IMG/VR virus record: IMGVR_UViG_3300029893_000001
Coordinates: 310,001 to 374,000 of that record
Length of the DNA: 64,000 nt
Reading direction: 5' to 3' (one strand)
The notes beneath the pieces are model-generated. The model saw only the letters and a list, made by a program, of their open reading frames with translations. It was not told the origin of the DNA and made no database searches. A program made the translations under genes and the position numbers. Positions 52,757 through 60,419 of this stretch are shown here, piece after piece (within the stretch, counting starts at the first letter, position 1; each line of letters begins with the position of its first letter).

Positions 52757-53095
52757 TCAGGCGGCCGTGCCGAGCACCTTGCCCATCGACAGGAACCGGC
52801 CCTTCTCCCCGCGGAGCCTCAGGCGCAGATCCCCGCTCTCGTGGGCGTCCCGGATCTTGTCGCCGAGGCTCACCCGCACCCCCGCCTGCTTGCCCTGCTT
52901 CCTCAGGAACTCGCGGGCCTCCTCCGCCTCCTGCTGCTGCGCCTGCTGCCGCTCCTTGAACTGGCGGCGGGACTTGGCCTCGCGCTCCTTCGCCTTGCGC
53001 TCCTCGGAATCCTGCCAGAAGCGGCGCTTCACCTCCGCCGGGTCGAGGCGGCGGGTTCCGGGGACGAGCGTGGTGCGGGTCGCGTTCGTGGTCAT
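52757..53095 (-). CDS. hypothetical cassette protein (charged coiled coil)
   Basis: Promoter motif at 53131, AGGAGG. Confidence 0.7.
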   Translation of the reverse strand: MTTNATRTTLVPGTRRLDPAEVKRRFWQDSEERKAKEREAKSRRQFKERQQAQQQEAEEAREFLRKQGKQAGVRVSLGDKIRDAHESGDLRLRLRGEKGRFLSMGKVLGTAA

Positions 53096-53220
53096 GATTA
53101 TTCCTCCTGGGCCGGAGCCCGTTGCCCCGACTAGTATCGGCCGGGTTCGGCCGACTAGGGAATTAAACGCGCAACGGCTGCGAGATTTCTCGCAGCCGTT
53201 GCTTGTGTAGAGTCAGTGGG

Positions 53221-53403
53221 TCAGGGGATGCTGACCTTCGCCTCGACCGTCGCGGAGTCGAGATCGATGGCCTCGCGGCACGAATCCACGTCCACGATGT
53301 CATCGTTACCCACGAGCACATCCCACACGAGAGATTCCGCCTGCTGGGGACTCTCGGCCGTGACTTTCACCGTCACGGTCACAGTGAACTCCTGATCTTC
53401 CAT
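53221..53403 (-). CDS. small acidic cassette protein
   Basis: Promoter motif at 53423; cassette flanked by 19-bp direct repeats. Confidence 0.7.
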   Translation of the reverse strand: MEDQEFTVTVTVKVTAESPQQAESLVWDVLVGNDDIVDVDSCREAIDLDSATVEAKVSIP

Positions 53404-53451
53404 TTTGCATTTCCCTCGCTAACTATTATCCGCAGGGTTGCTTGTGTAGAG

Positions 53452-53730
53452 TCAGCCCAGGTCGAAGGGGTACTCCGAAGTGACGTCGCCCCACAGACGA
53501 TCGTCGTCGCCGTAGTAGTGGTGCGTGGCCGTCTCCGGGATCACCGGATTCTCCCGGTCGTCGTTCCTGTAGACACAGAAGCGCTCCCCCGGGCAGCAGT
53601 CGCCCAGGAAAAGCATTCCCGCTCCCATCAGGACGATCGTCTCGGCCGGCGTTCCCTGCGGGGCCACGAAATGCACCACGGTGACGTCGCGGTCGCTTTC
53701 GTAGCGCACGGAGTAGTCGTTGACGTTCAT
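53452..53730 (-). CDS. hypothetical cassette protein
   Basis: Promoter motif at 53751, GAGGAGG. Confidence 0.7.
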   Translation of the reverse strand: MNVNDYSVRYESDRDVTVVHFVAPQGTPAETIVLMGAGMLFLGDCCPGERFCVYRNDDRENPVIPETATHHYYGDDDRLWGDVTSEYPFDLG

Positions 53731-53850
53731 TCGGCTTTCCTCCTCAGCGACTATTATCGTCGGGGTTCACGTCCGACACGAAAAGCGCGTTAAATGAAAC
53801 AACGGCTGCGAGAAATCTCGCAGCCGTTGCGTGCCTTGGGAACTTTGGAA

Positions 53851-54195
53851 CTACAGGACCACCCATCCCCAGAAGACGGCCCAGGCGATGAAGCGGATCG
53901 GCCAGCGGGTCCAGGAGTCATTCTGCCAGAGGCAGAGCAAAATCCAAGTGACCCCGAACGCCGGCCAGAGCGTATTGAACCACGGGATCACCTGGACGAT
54001 TCCGCACCAGATCCAGTACGTCAGCAGGAAGCACGTGGAAATGTTGCAGAAGAACTCCACCCAATCCGAGATTTCCATCTCGTTGTGCGGGGTGTAGATC
54101 GTCCGGCCCGTCTCGTGGTCCCTGTAGACCTTGTACGTGGCGCGGAGCGGGCGGATGCTCGGCTGGAGCCGGCGGATATTCTTCGGGTTGGGCAT
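53851..54195 (-). CDS. Trp-rich membrane protein
   Basis: Promoter motif at 54214; three hydrophobic segments. Confidence 0.7.
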   Translation of the reverse strand: MPNPKNIRRLQPSIRPLRATYKVYRDHETGRTIYTPHNEMEISDWVEFFCNISTCFLLTYWIWCGIVQVIPWFNTLWPAFGVTWILLCLWQNDSWTRWPIRFIAWAVFWGWVVL

Positions 54196-54290
54196 GGGTC
54201 GTCTCCTCGCTGACTATTATCAACAGGGTTCTCGCAGCCGTTGCGAGAAATTAAAGTAAGATGGCCCCGGGTTTCCCCGAGGCCCTCTTT

Positions 54291-54677
54291 TCATCCGAGC
54301 GGCTGACTGAGAGCCACCGCACGGCGTCGAGCGTGGATCGGATTGCTCTTCCAGAAGCGAGCCCAGAAATCGCGCTCCGCTTGCTTCGCCTCGTGCTCAT
54401 TCCTGTACTGCAATTGAACGAGCAGATCGGCGTATTCCCCATCCCACTTGGGGTCGTACTCCAGCGACTCACGAACGAGCTGGAATCCCTCCGTTTCGAC
54501 GACCGCCTCGGCCCGGAGCGCCCGGAGTCGGTACGGGACGAATCGGAGGAGCGCCTCCCGATAGTCAGCGTCGTTTGTGATGAATCGGCTCGCCTGTCGG
54601 AGCCAGTCGGCAGCCGACTGTTGCTCTTTCATGACTCGCCGATACAGCACCTCGGAGAACGGGATGATTTCTGCCAT
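54291..54677 (-). CDS. hypothetical cassette protein
   Basis: Promoter motif at 54696, GGGAGG. Confidence 0.7.
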   Translation of the reverse strand: MAEIIPFSEVLYRRVMKEQQSAADWLRQASRFITNDADYREALLRFVPYRLRALRAEAVVETEGFQLVRESLEYDPKWDGEYADLLVQLQYRNEHEAKQAERDFWARFWKSNPIHARRRAVALSQPLG

Positions 54678-54759
54678 TCAACCTCCCTTCGCCGATTATT
54701 ATCAGCAGGGTTCTGTGCGGCCGTGAATGTCCTTAAAGCACGAAAAGGCCCTTGCTAGG

Positions 54760-54915
54760 GCCCTTTCGCGGGTCATTTCGGCAAAAGCTGACCAGGCTCG
54801 GAATACCAAGGCACGTGGTCGTGTACCTTGGTTAGCCTTGCCCCTTTTCGAGTCCATTATTGGTGGCTCGCCTTACGGGTGGGAGGGTGCAGCCCGGATG
54901 GAAACGGAACGAGAA
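54760..54915 (-). ncRNA. candidate ncRNA cassette (~160 nt)
   Basis: Between the promoter motif at 54922 and hairpin-TTTAA at 54733; no SD-led ORF; 10-bp stem ACCAAGGTAC/GTGCCTTGGT and others. Confidence 0.45.
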
Positions 54916-54958
54916 CACCATTTAGTATCGCCAGGGTTCTCGCAGCGGCTGCGAATCC

Positions 54959-55159
54959 CTAAATCCCGATCCAGTAGTTGTCCAGGTCGCTCAGCTTCAC
55001 GCTGGTGATCTCGGGATTGTGGTCCGGCAGACGTTGCTTGGCGAGTCGACGGACGTGAACATCGAACTCCTTTTTGTCCCTCGTTCGCGTCAGGACCGTG
55101 AATCTGTCCACCGCCGACTTCCCGTCGACTTCGTAGCACAGTTCGATGAGATACTTCAT
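54959..55159 (-). CDS. hypothetical cassette protein
   Basis: Promoter motif at 55178, GAGGAGG. Confidence 0.7.
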   Translation of the reverse strand: MKYLIELCYEVDGKSAVDRFTVLTRTRDKKEFDVHVRRLAKQRLPDHNPEITSVKLSDLDNYWIGI

Positions 55160-55247
55160 TTTCCGCCTCCTCGCCGAATATTATTGGCAGGGTTCTCGCA
55201 GTGACGGCGAGAATTTAAATTGAGAAAGGCCCCTCGCGGGGCCCGTC

Positions 55248-55466
55248 TCAGTCGTCGCGGAGGCACGGGGTCGGTCCCCCGCAGAATCCGCAGCGCCCCG
55301 GATTGTGGTACGCTGAGAGCACGTGATTGTTGGCCACGTGCTCCGGCTCGAAATAGTCTTCGGTTTCCCGAACTTCCATTCCTTCCGGGGCTTGCTCGTC
55401 GTCGAGGAGACGCACGGCTCGTGCCGTGGTCTTGCCGGGGTTGGCAATGTAGTAGCGGATGGTCAT
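55248..55466 (-). CDS. hypothetical protein, probably leaderless
   Basis: ATG lies 7 nt after GATAAT of the promoter motif at 55472; no SD. Confidence 0.6.
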   Translation of the reverse strand: MTIRYYIANPGKTTARAVRLLDDEQAPEGMEVRETEDYFEPEHVANNHVLSAYHNPGRCGFCGGPTPCLRDD

Positions 55467-55491
55467 GCCGAATATTATCGGCAGGGTTGAA

Positions 55492-55564
55492 TCGGACCGG
55501 TGGGATTCGAACCCACAACGTCCCGGTTATGAGCCGGGGGCTCTAACCATTGAGCTACGGTCCG
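55492..55564 (-). tRNA. tRNA with CAT anticodon (Ile2 or elongator Met; not initiator)
   Basis: CGGACCG TAGCTCAATGGTTAGAGC C CCCGG CTCATAA CCGGG ACGTT GTGGG TTCGAAT CCCAC CGGTCCG A; paired 1-72; no encoded CCA. Confidence 0.93.
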
Positions 55565-55921
55565 ATGGTTTTCACTAGGTTACGTTTCGCGTTACTTTGT
55601 GCGAACGATTCAGGCCCAGATCCCAGGCGCCGAATCCGGTTGCTCCGGGATCGGGATGTATTGGTTTCCCACGAATCCCGCCGCCGCGTCCAAGGCGACC
55701 ACACGGGGGAATGTCACCGCAGGGTGCGGCTCATCCTCCCAATAGGCTTCCCACGCAGCCAGAGCGAGATACTGCAAGAGCAGTTTTTCCATTATTCACC
55801 TCCTCGCCGTATCCATACGGGCTTGCACCACTTTTCTCAATGACACGAGGCCTTGGGTCGCTGTCTTCCCACAAACGTATGGGTGCAACCCATACGTTTT
55901 CGCCTTTGGTGTACACGAGAA

Positions 55922-56380
55922 TCAACCTTGGACAAATTGATCGGGTGTTCCGCAGTTCCACACCCTCAAGGGTGTGCCCCAACGGGTCGGCTCCTCGGTC
56001 CAGTCGAAGTGGATCCGGCGGGAGTTCCCCTTCCGAATCCAGAACTTCCCCCTCGCATCCTGAGGCCGACTCCACACGTCGGCCGAGACGTTCATCGAGT
56101 CCAGGAGATCGTTGACGATTCCGTGGAAATCCACCCAATCCTGCCACTCCAGAAAGCGAGCCTTCGGCTTCTTGCGGGGCGGGAAAGTGACGACGCACTC
56201 TCCGGGGTGATTCCCGCAGTATTCCTTCGCGGTCACGAGGCGGACGCGCTTCAGAAGGATCGTCTGGCCATCGACGCACGATTCCACGTTGAAGCGACCG
56301 TCGGCCCGCACCTTCTTTTGAAGGGCTACGTGGATTCGCTCGACGTCGCTGCCGTCGAGCACCTTGATTGAGTACGGCAT
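55922..56380 (-). CDS. hypothetical cassette protein
   Basis: Promoter motif at 56413, GGAGG. Confidence 0.72.
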   Translation of the reverse strand: MPYSIKVLDGSDVERIHVALQKKVRADGRFNVESCVDGQTILLKRVRLVTAKEYCGNHPGECVVTFPPRKKPKARFLEWQDWVDFHGIVNDLLDSMNVSADVWSRPQDARGKFWIRKGNSRRIHFDWTEEPTRWGTPLRVWNCGTPDQFVQG

Positions 56381-56491
56381 GATTATTCCTCCGTGGGTTG
56401 GTCCAGCGAGCTTTAGTATCGGGAGGGTTCTCGCCGTGGCTGCGAGAATTAAACTGGAAACGGGCCCCGGGAAAACCCCGGAGCCCGTTTT

Positions 56492-56854
56492 CTAGAACTC
56501 GCCCTCGTCGTCGTCCACCGCGTCGAGTGCGTCTGGACGTCCGAGGCCGCCGTCGGGCCCATGAGGGTGGTACCTCTTTTCCTTGTGGATGTCCAGAAAG
56601 AAGAGCGCCTCTTGCAGCGAACGCACCCTCTTTGGATTCTTCGTCCGCACCATTTTTGGGTTCGTCAGGGAATCCTTCGAGACCCACTCCTCGACGAGAA
56701 AGAAAACCTCCGGGCACCCATCGAGAGGAGCCGAGGGCCCGGTAATATTCTCGATGACGGTCGAGATTCGGCCTCGCTCGTCCGAGAAAATCACCGTGGT
56801 CGGCTCGAAATCGGTGAGCTTTTCGATGATTTCACTGTAGGTGAACTTTCGCAT
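56492..56854 (-). CDS. hypothetical protein
   Basis: AAGGGA SD, followed by hairpin-TTTAA at 56449. Confidence 0.65.
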   Translation of the reverse strand: MRKFTYSEIIEKLTDFEPTTVIFSDERGRISTVIENITGPSAPLDGCPEVFFLVEEWVSKDSLTNPKMVRTKNPKRVRSLQEALFFLDIHKEKRYHPHGPDGGLGRPDALDAVDDDEGEF

Positions 56855-57030
56855 TTGTTCCCTTCTACCGACGGTATCGGTACTCCTCGTCCACCTCTTG
56901 CTGCGTGGGCTCCCTTCCGAGCCTCTTGCGCAGATCGTCGCGGGCCGCGTTCCACTTGCGCTCGTCCTCCGCCCTTTCGAGAGCGCAGGCCGAGCATCCC
57001 ATCATCATGCACATGGTCGCCTCCCTCTGA

Positions 57031-57245
57031 GAGCGAGGCTCGGAGCCGGAATCCGAGATTAGTCTGTTTTCGCCTCTTGGCCTAGCTCCGCCTCCGTGCC
57101 TAAACCTACACGGCCAGCCTCTACACTAGGTTGCAGACGAATCCAGGGTCTAGCCGCTTTTGCCTTGGATGACTAGTCCTCGGCGCTTGCACCCACGGGG
57201 GCGTCACCCCTTGGGGTATCTGGATTCCGGCTCCGAGCCTCGCTC
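57031..57245 (-). ncRNA. candidate structured ncRNA (~215 nt) with 24-bp closing stem
   Basis: Perfect inverted repeat 57031-57054 / 57222-57245 just downstream of the promoter motif at 57260; internal hairpins; no ORF. Confidence 0.7.
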
Positions 57246-57351
57246 CTCGCCGTCGTGGTCTACTATCAGGAGGGTTCAACTCCTCTAATTAAACAGAGAA
57301 AGGGGCCTGTGGCCCTTCTCCCTGTTTTGGAATCTCGCAGTGGCGGCGAGT

Positions 57352-57990
57352 CTAGTAGGCCCGGCTCACCACCGGAAGCCCACGCAGTTCCTCGACTATT
57401 CCCTTGAAGGCGACCTCGACCTCGCCGGTGTCGGGCAGCTCGACCGTGCGATCGATTCCGTAGAGATCCTCCAGGAACTCCCGGAATCCAGGCGTGTCGC
57501 CGCGGAACGGCTTGTTGAGAAGCCACTCCGCGAACTCTTCTCGGCGATTCCAATCCAGATCCTTGGCGACCTGCGTACCGATTGCCACCCCGAGGATACA
57601 ATATCCTCGGACATCCCAACGATCGATGAACGACCTCGCGCTGCTGTCGCTCGAAAAGACTCGACACGAGTAGTGCACGTGCCAGTAGCCCCACTTCGCC
57701 GCCGGCTCGCTCTCCCTCACGTCGTCCATGGAGGCGTAGGAACCCATTTCCGGGCCCCACCCATCCGACGACGGCATCGCCCTGACGAACGTATGGGCAC
57801 TGTCGTAGCGATTTCGGATGAAGCTGCCGTCCGGCATCTTGAAGGCGTTGATCTGGTGGCAGTGCGGGTGCTTGAGATCCTCCTCCAGCGACTGCTTTGC
57901 GCTCTCGACGCTGCGCTCGCAAAAGAACCTCCACGAGAGCACCGCGCTGATGAGCCGCTGCCAGACCTTGTGAGAAATCTTGTTGTTCAT
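57352..57990 (-). CDS. hypothetical cassette protein
   Basis: GAGGAGG SD; partial promoter motif at 58013. Confidence 0.7.
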   Translation of the reverse strand: MNNKISHKVWQRLISAVLSWRFFCERSVESAKQSLEEDLKHPHCHQINAFKMPDGSFIRNRYDSAHTFVRAMPSSDGWGPEMGSYASMDDVRESEPAAKWGYWHVHYSCRVFSSDSSARSFIDRWDVRGYCILGVAIGTQVAKDLDWNRREEFAEWLLNKPFRGDTPGFREFLEDLYGIDRTVELPDTGEVEVAFKGIVEELRGLPVVSRAY

Positions 57991-58279
57991 TGTTCTGCCC
58001 TCCTCGCTCTAACTATTATCGTCGTCGACTACGATCCGATGCTCCCCATTCGCGGCGCATGCTGAATCACGTAGGAGACGCCGGTCAAAACCCAGCCAGC
58101 GGGAGTGTGGCCGTAGATGTTCACGCAGAACGTGAACACCAACACGGCGACGATGACGTACCACCTCTTGAGGGTTTCCACGATTGATTGACCTCCTCTC
58201 GCCGAACTATTATCGACGGGGTTCGCCGTCATATCGAGAACGACGAAATGCCCTCCGGGACTTACCGGAGGGCATTTCG

Positions 58280-58555
58280 TCAGGATTCCACGATCTTGCC
58301 GGCGTCGAGATCCACGAAACCGATGTGGACGTACTTCCAGCCCGTGCTTCCAATGAGCGTGGGCGAATCCGGGAGACGCTCCGGAGCCTCGGCGAACGTG
58401 CAGCCCTCTCCGACGAGCAGGAACGCCAAGTGGCCGAATCCAGAGGAATCCACCGCCGCGTTTTGGTAGGCTGCCCAGCGAGTTCGCTCGCGCTGTCGAG
58501 CGCGCATTTGGCTCAGGACTTCCTCGTCGATTTGGAGATCATTGGTCGTCATCAT
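58280..58555 (-). CDS. hypothetical protein
   Basis: Coupled downstream of the 58561-58932 gene. Confidence 0.65.
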   Translation of the reverse strand: MMTTNDLQIDEEVLSQMRARQRERTRWAAYQNAAVDSSGFGHLAFLLVGEGCTFAEAPERLPDSPTLIGSTGWKYVHIGFVDLDAGKIVES

Positions 58556-58560
58556 GTCCC

Positions 58561-58932
58561 TCAGTACAGGTTCACGTAGACGCTATCGCCCACGATTTCC
58601 ATCGCGTCCCGGACCTTTTGGGCCGCGTTCATTTCCTCGACTTCGCAGCGATCCCACGTCGCTCTCTGGTCGAGCACGTCGCGGAGAGCAGCCGGCGTGA
58701 CGAGCACCACTTCGGTGTCGCCCCAGGTGAACGCGTTGGTGATGAGTTCCGAGACGATCTCGTATTCCTCTTCGGAGAGGAACTCCGAGAGCGTGATGAA
58801 CTGGCACTCGAAAAGCGTCGGTCGCTTCATGGCCTCCTTTCGGTCGCAGTCTTCGCAGTTGCCTGGACCGCGAAACTCGAAGACAGTCGGACTGATTTCC
58901 TGGCCACACGTCTTGCAATGATATTCGGCCAT
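58561..58932 (-). CDS. hypothetical zinc-finger-containing protein
   Basis: Start MAEYHCKTCG after GAGGAG; promoter motif at 58950. Confidence 0.68.
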   Translation of the reverse strand: MAEYHCKTCGQEISPTVFEFRGPGNCEDCDRKEAMKRPTLFECQFITLSEFLSEEEYEIVSELITNAFTWGDTEVVLVTPAALRDVLDQRATWDRCEVEEMNAAQKVRDAMEIVGDSVYVNLY

Positions 58933-59020
58933 GTTTTTCTCCTCGCCTATTATTATCGACGGGGTTCGTGGTAACGACAAACGCAGAATAGGCCCCGAGT
59001 TTCCCCGGAGCCTATCTCTC

Positions 59021-59395
59021 TCACTTGTTCCTGAAGTACGTCTCGTACCCGATGTCCTTGGTGGACATCAGATTGTGCTTGAGATTCATGGACTCGCCGC
59101 TGAGCATGCGGCGCATTTCCTTCTCGCTGACGAAATCCACCCACTTCTCGTCGTGTTCGGGCCGAATCATGTGGTAGTTCTCGGGGTGAGAGCCCGTCGA
59201 ATCGTAGTCGGTCCACTTCATGATCTGTTGCGTGGTCCATCCGACCGCCGGCATTCCGGTCATGTCGTAGCACCCGCGATTGACCAATTCGGTGGCCACC
59301 ACTTCGTGCCCTTCGATGACCAGCTTGACGATCGGCCAGTCCTCGGGATCGAGAACGTTGTCGCTGAGTCGGGCGTAGAGAATCGGCTTTCGCAT
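59021..59395 (-). CDS. hypothetical protein
   Basis: GAGGAGG immediately after hairpin-TTTAA at 59408. Confidence 0.7.
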   Translation of the reverse strand: MRKPILYARLSDNVLDPEDWPIVKLVIEGHEVVATELVNRGCYDMTGMPAVGWTTQQIMKWTDYDSTGSHPENYHMIRPEHDEKWVDFVSEKEMRRMLSGESMNLKHNLMSTKDIGYETYFRNK

Positions 59396-59440
59396 CTTAC
59401 CTCCTCGTTAAACGCGAAAAGGCCCCTTTCGGGGCCTCTG

Positions 59441-59833
59441 CTATTCCTCGGGAGCAAGTAGCAGCATGGTTTCGGCGGCGTGAGTCAGCGCACCCCACTG
59501 GAGTGCTTCCTCCTCGCACACCGCCTTGTACGCGCGTTGAAGTACACGCAGAAGCACACGCTGCTCGAATTGAATCCGAGCCTCGCCGATCATTTCGTCG
59601 AGGGGCGGGCCCTCGTCGTTGTAGTAGGCGATGCACGCCGGCTTCATCTGCGGGAACGTCTCGCAGTACAGCCAGTCGAGCACGCTCTTGTATTCGTCTT
59701 CCCTCGGAGGGGCGATCTTTCGCAGCGCCTTGGCGTGTTTGCTCGTGCGGAGCCACGCCTCGACCTCCGGGAAGAGGCTCGACGTGAGAGGCCCTCGAAC
59801 GACGCAAACGCACACCATCTGGAGAGCACTCAT
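59441..59833 (-). CDS. hypothetical protein
   Basis: GAGGAGG SD just downstream of tRNA-Glu. Confidence 0.68.
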   Translation of the reverse strand: MSALQMVCVCVVRGPLTSSLFPEVEAWLRTSKHAKALRKIAPPREDEYKSVLDWLYCETFPQMKPACIAYYNDEGPPLDEMIGEARIQFEQRVLLRVLQRAYKAVCEEEALQWGALTHAAETMLLLAPEE

Positions 59834-59859
59834 TATTCACCTCCTCGCCATTATTGAAT

Positions 59860-59932
59860 TGACCCCAACGGGATTTGAACCCGTGTTCTCGCCGTGAAAG
59901 GGCGGCGTCCTAGGCCACTAGACGATGGGGCC
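59860..59932 (-). tRNA. tRNA-Glu(TTC)
   Basis: GGCCCCA TCGTCTAGTGGCCTAGGAC G CCGCC CTTTCAC GGCGA GAAC ACGGG TTCAAAT CCCGT TGGGGTC A; promoter motif at 59946; no encoded CCA. Confidence 0.95.
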
Positions 59933-60210
59933 GTGTCCTCGCCGATTACTATCGGCGGGGTTCACTTCTTTCCGTGGGTGGACTCCCACCATTTCAGATA
60001 CTCGTAATCCTTTCGGTCGAGCATCCGATAATAGGACTCGGGGTCCGCGTCGAGTTGGTATTCATTCTCAGCGGCGTTTTGGTCGACGCCAGGAAATGTC
60101 TCCTCGTACCTGACTCGTCGATTTTTCTTACGCTGTTTCTGCTGTCGTCGCCGTCGCATGGGATATTATTCCTCGGGTTAACGCCGAATAGGCCCCGAAA
60201 GGCCATCGGC

Positions 60211-60408
60211 AGAAGCGAATCGCAGTGGGGAGGCCTACAGAGGCGGATAAAGGCAAACCAATACCCGGAACCCTCGGTTCCGACGGGATTCGAACCCGCA
60301 TCACCGCCGCACCTGGTGCCACAGGACGCCCACTAGACAGCTCCGCGTTGGCACTCACGGAACGTTCATCGTAGGTCCCTGTAAGCCGCCCCACTGCGAT
60401 TCGCTTCT
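60211..60408 (-). ncRNA. candidate ncRNA (198 nt) with permuted tRNA-like (YrlA-type) module and kissing loops
   Basis: 20-bp perfect inverted repeat 60211-60230 / 60389-60408 extended by 11 bp; T arm GCGGG-TTCGAAT-CCCGT, loop-closed acceptor CGGAACC-GAG-GGTTCCG, D-like arm; followed by hairpin-TTAA at 60178. Confidence 0.72.
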
Positions 60409-60419
60409 TGGTTATTGTT

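Larger units (their letters stand above)
52098..57351. promoter_or_regulatory. palindromic operator-like box (TT)CTCGCA-N5-TGCGAG(AA)
   Basis: Copies near 52098, 52158, 52223, 52539, 52736, 53171, 53800, 54229, 54937, 55193, 56428, 57333; four overlap the GAACCC of the promoter motif. Confidence 0.75.

Noticed and set aside
55850-55910. Hammerhead ribozyme
   Set aside because: GAAA and stems are present but the CUGANGA core is missing
60242-60364. Canonical tRNA or two-piece tmRNA
   Set aside because: No anticodon arm; acceptor closed by a 3-nt loop; no G3-U70 or CCA; reported instead as a permuted tRNA-like ncRNA
60211-60408. 6S RNA
   Set aside because: Size, closing stem and a GAACC..GGTTC hairpin are reminiscent, but the interior is multi-branched with a T-loop rather than a rod with a central bubble; not fully excluded without cmsearch
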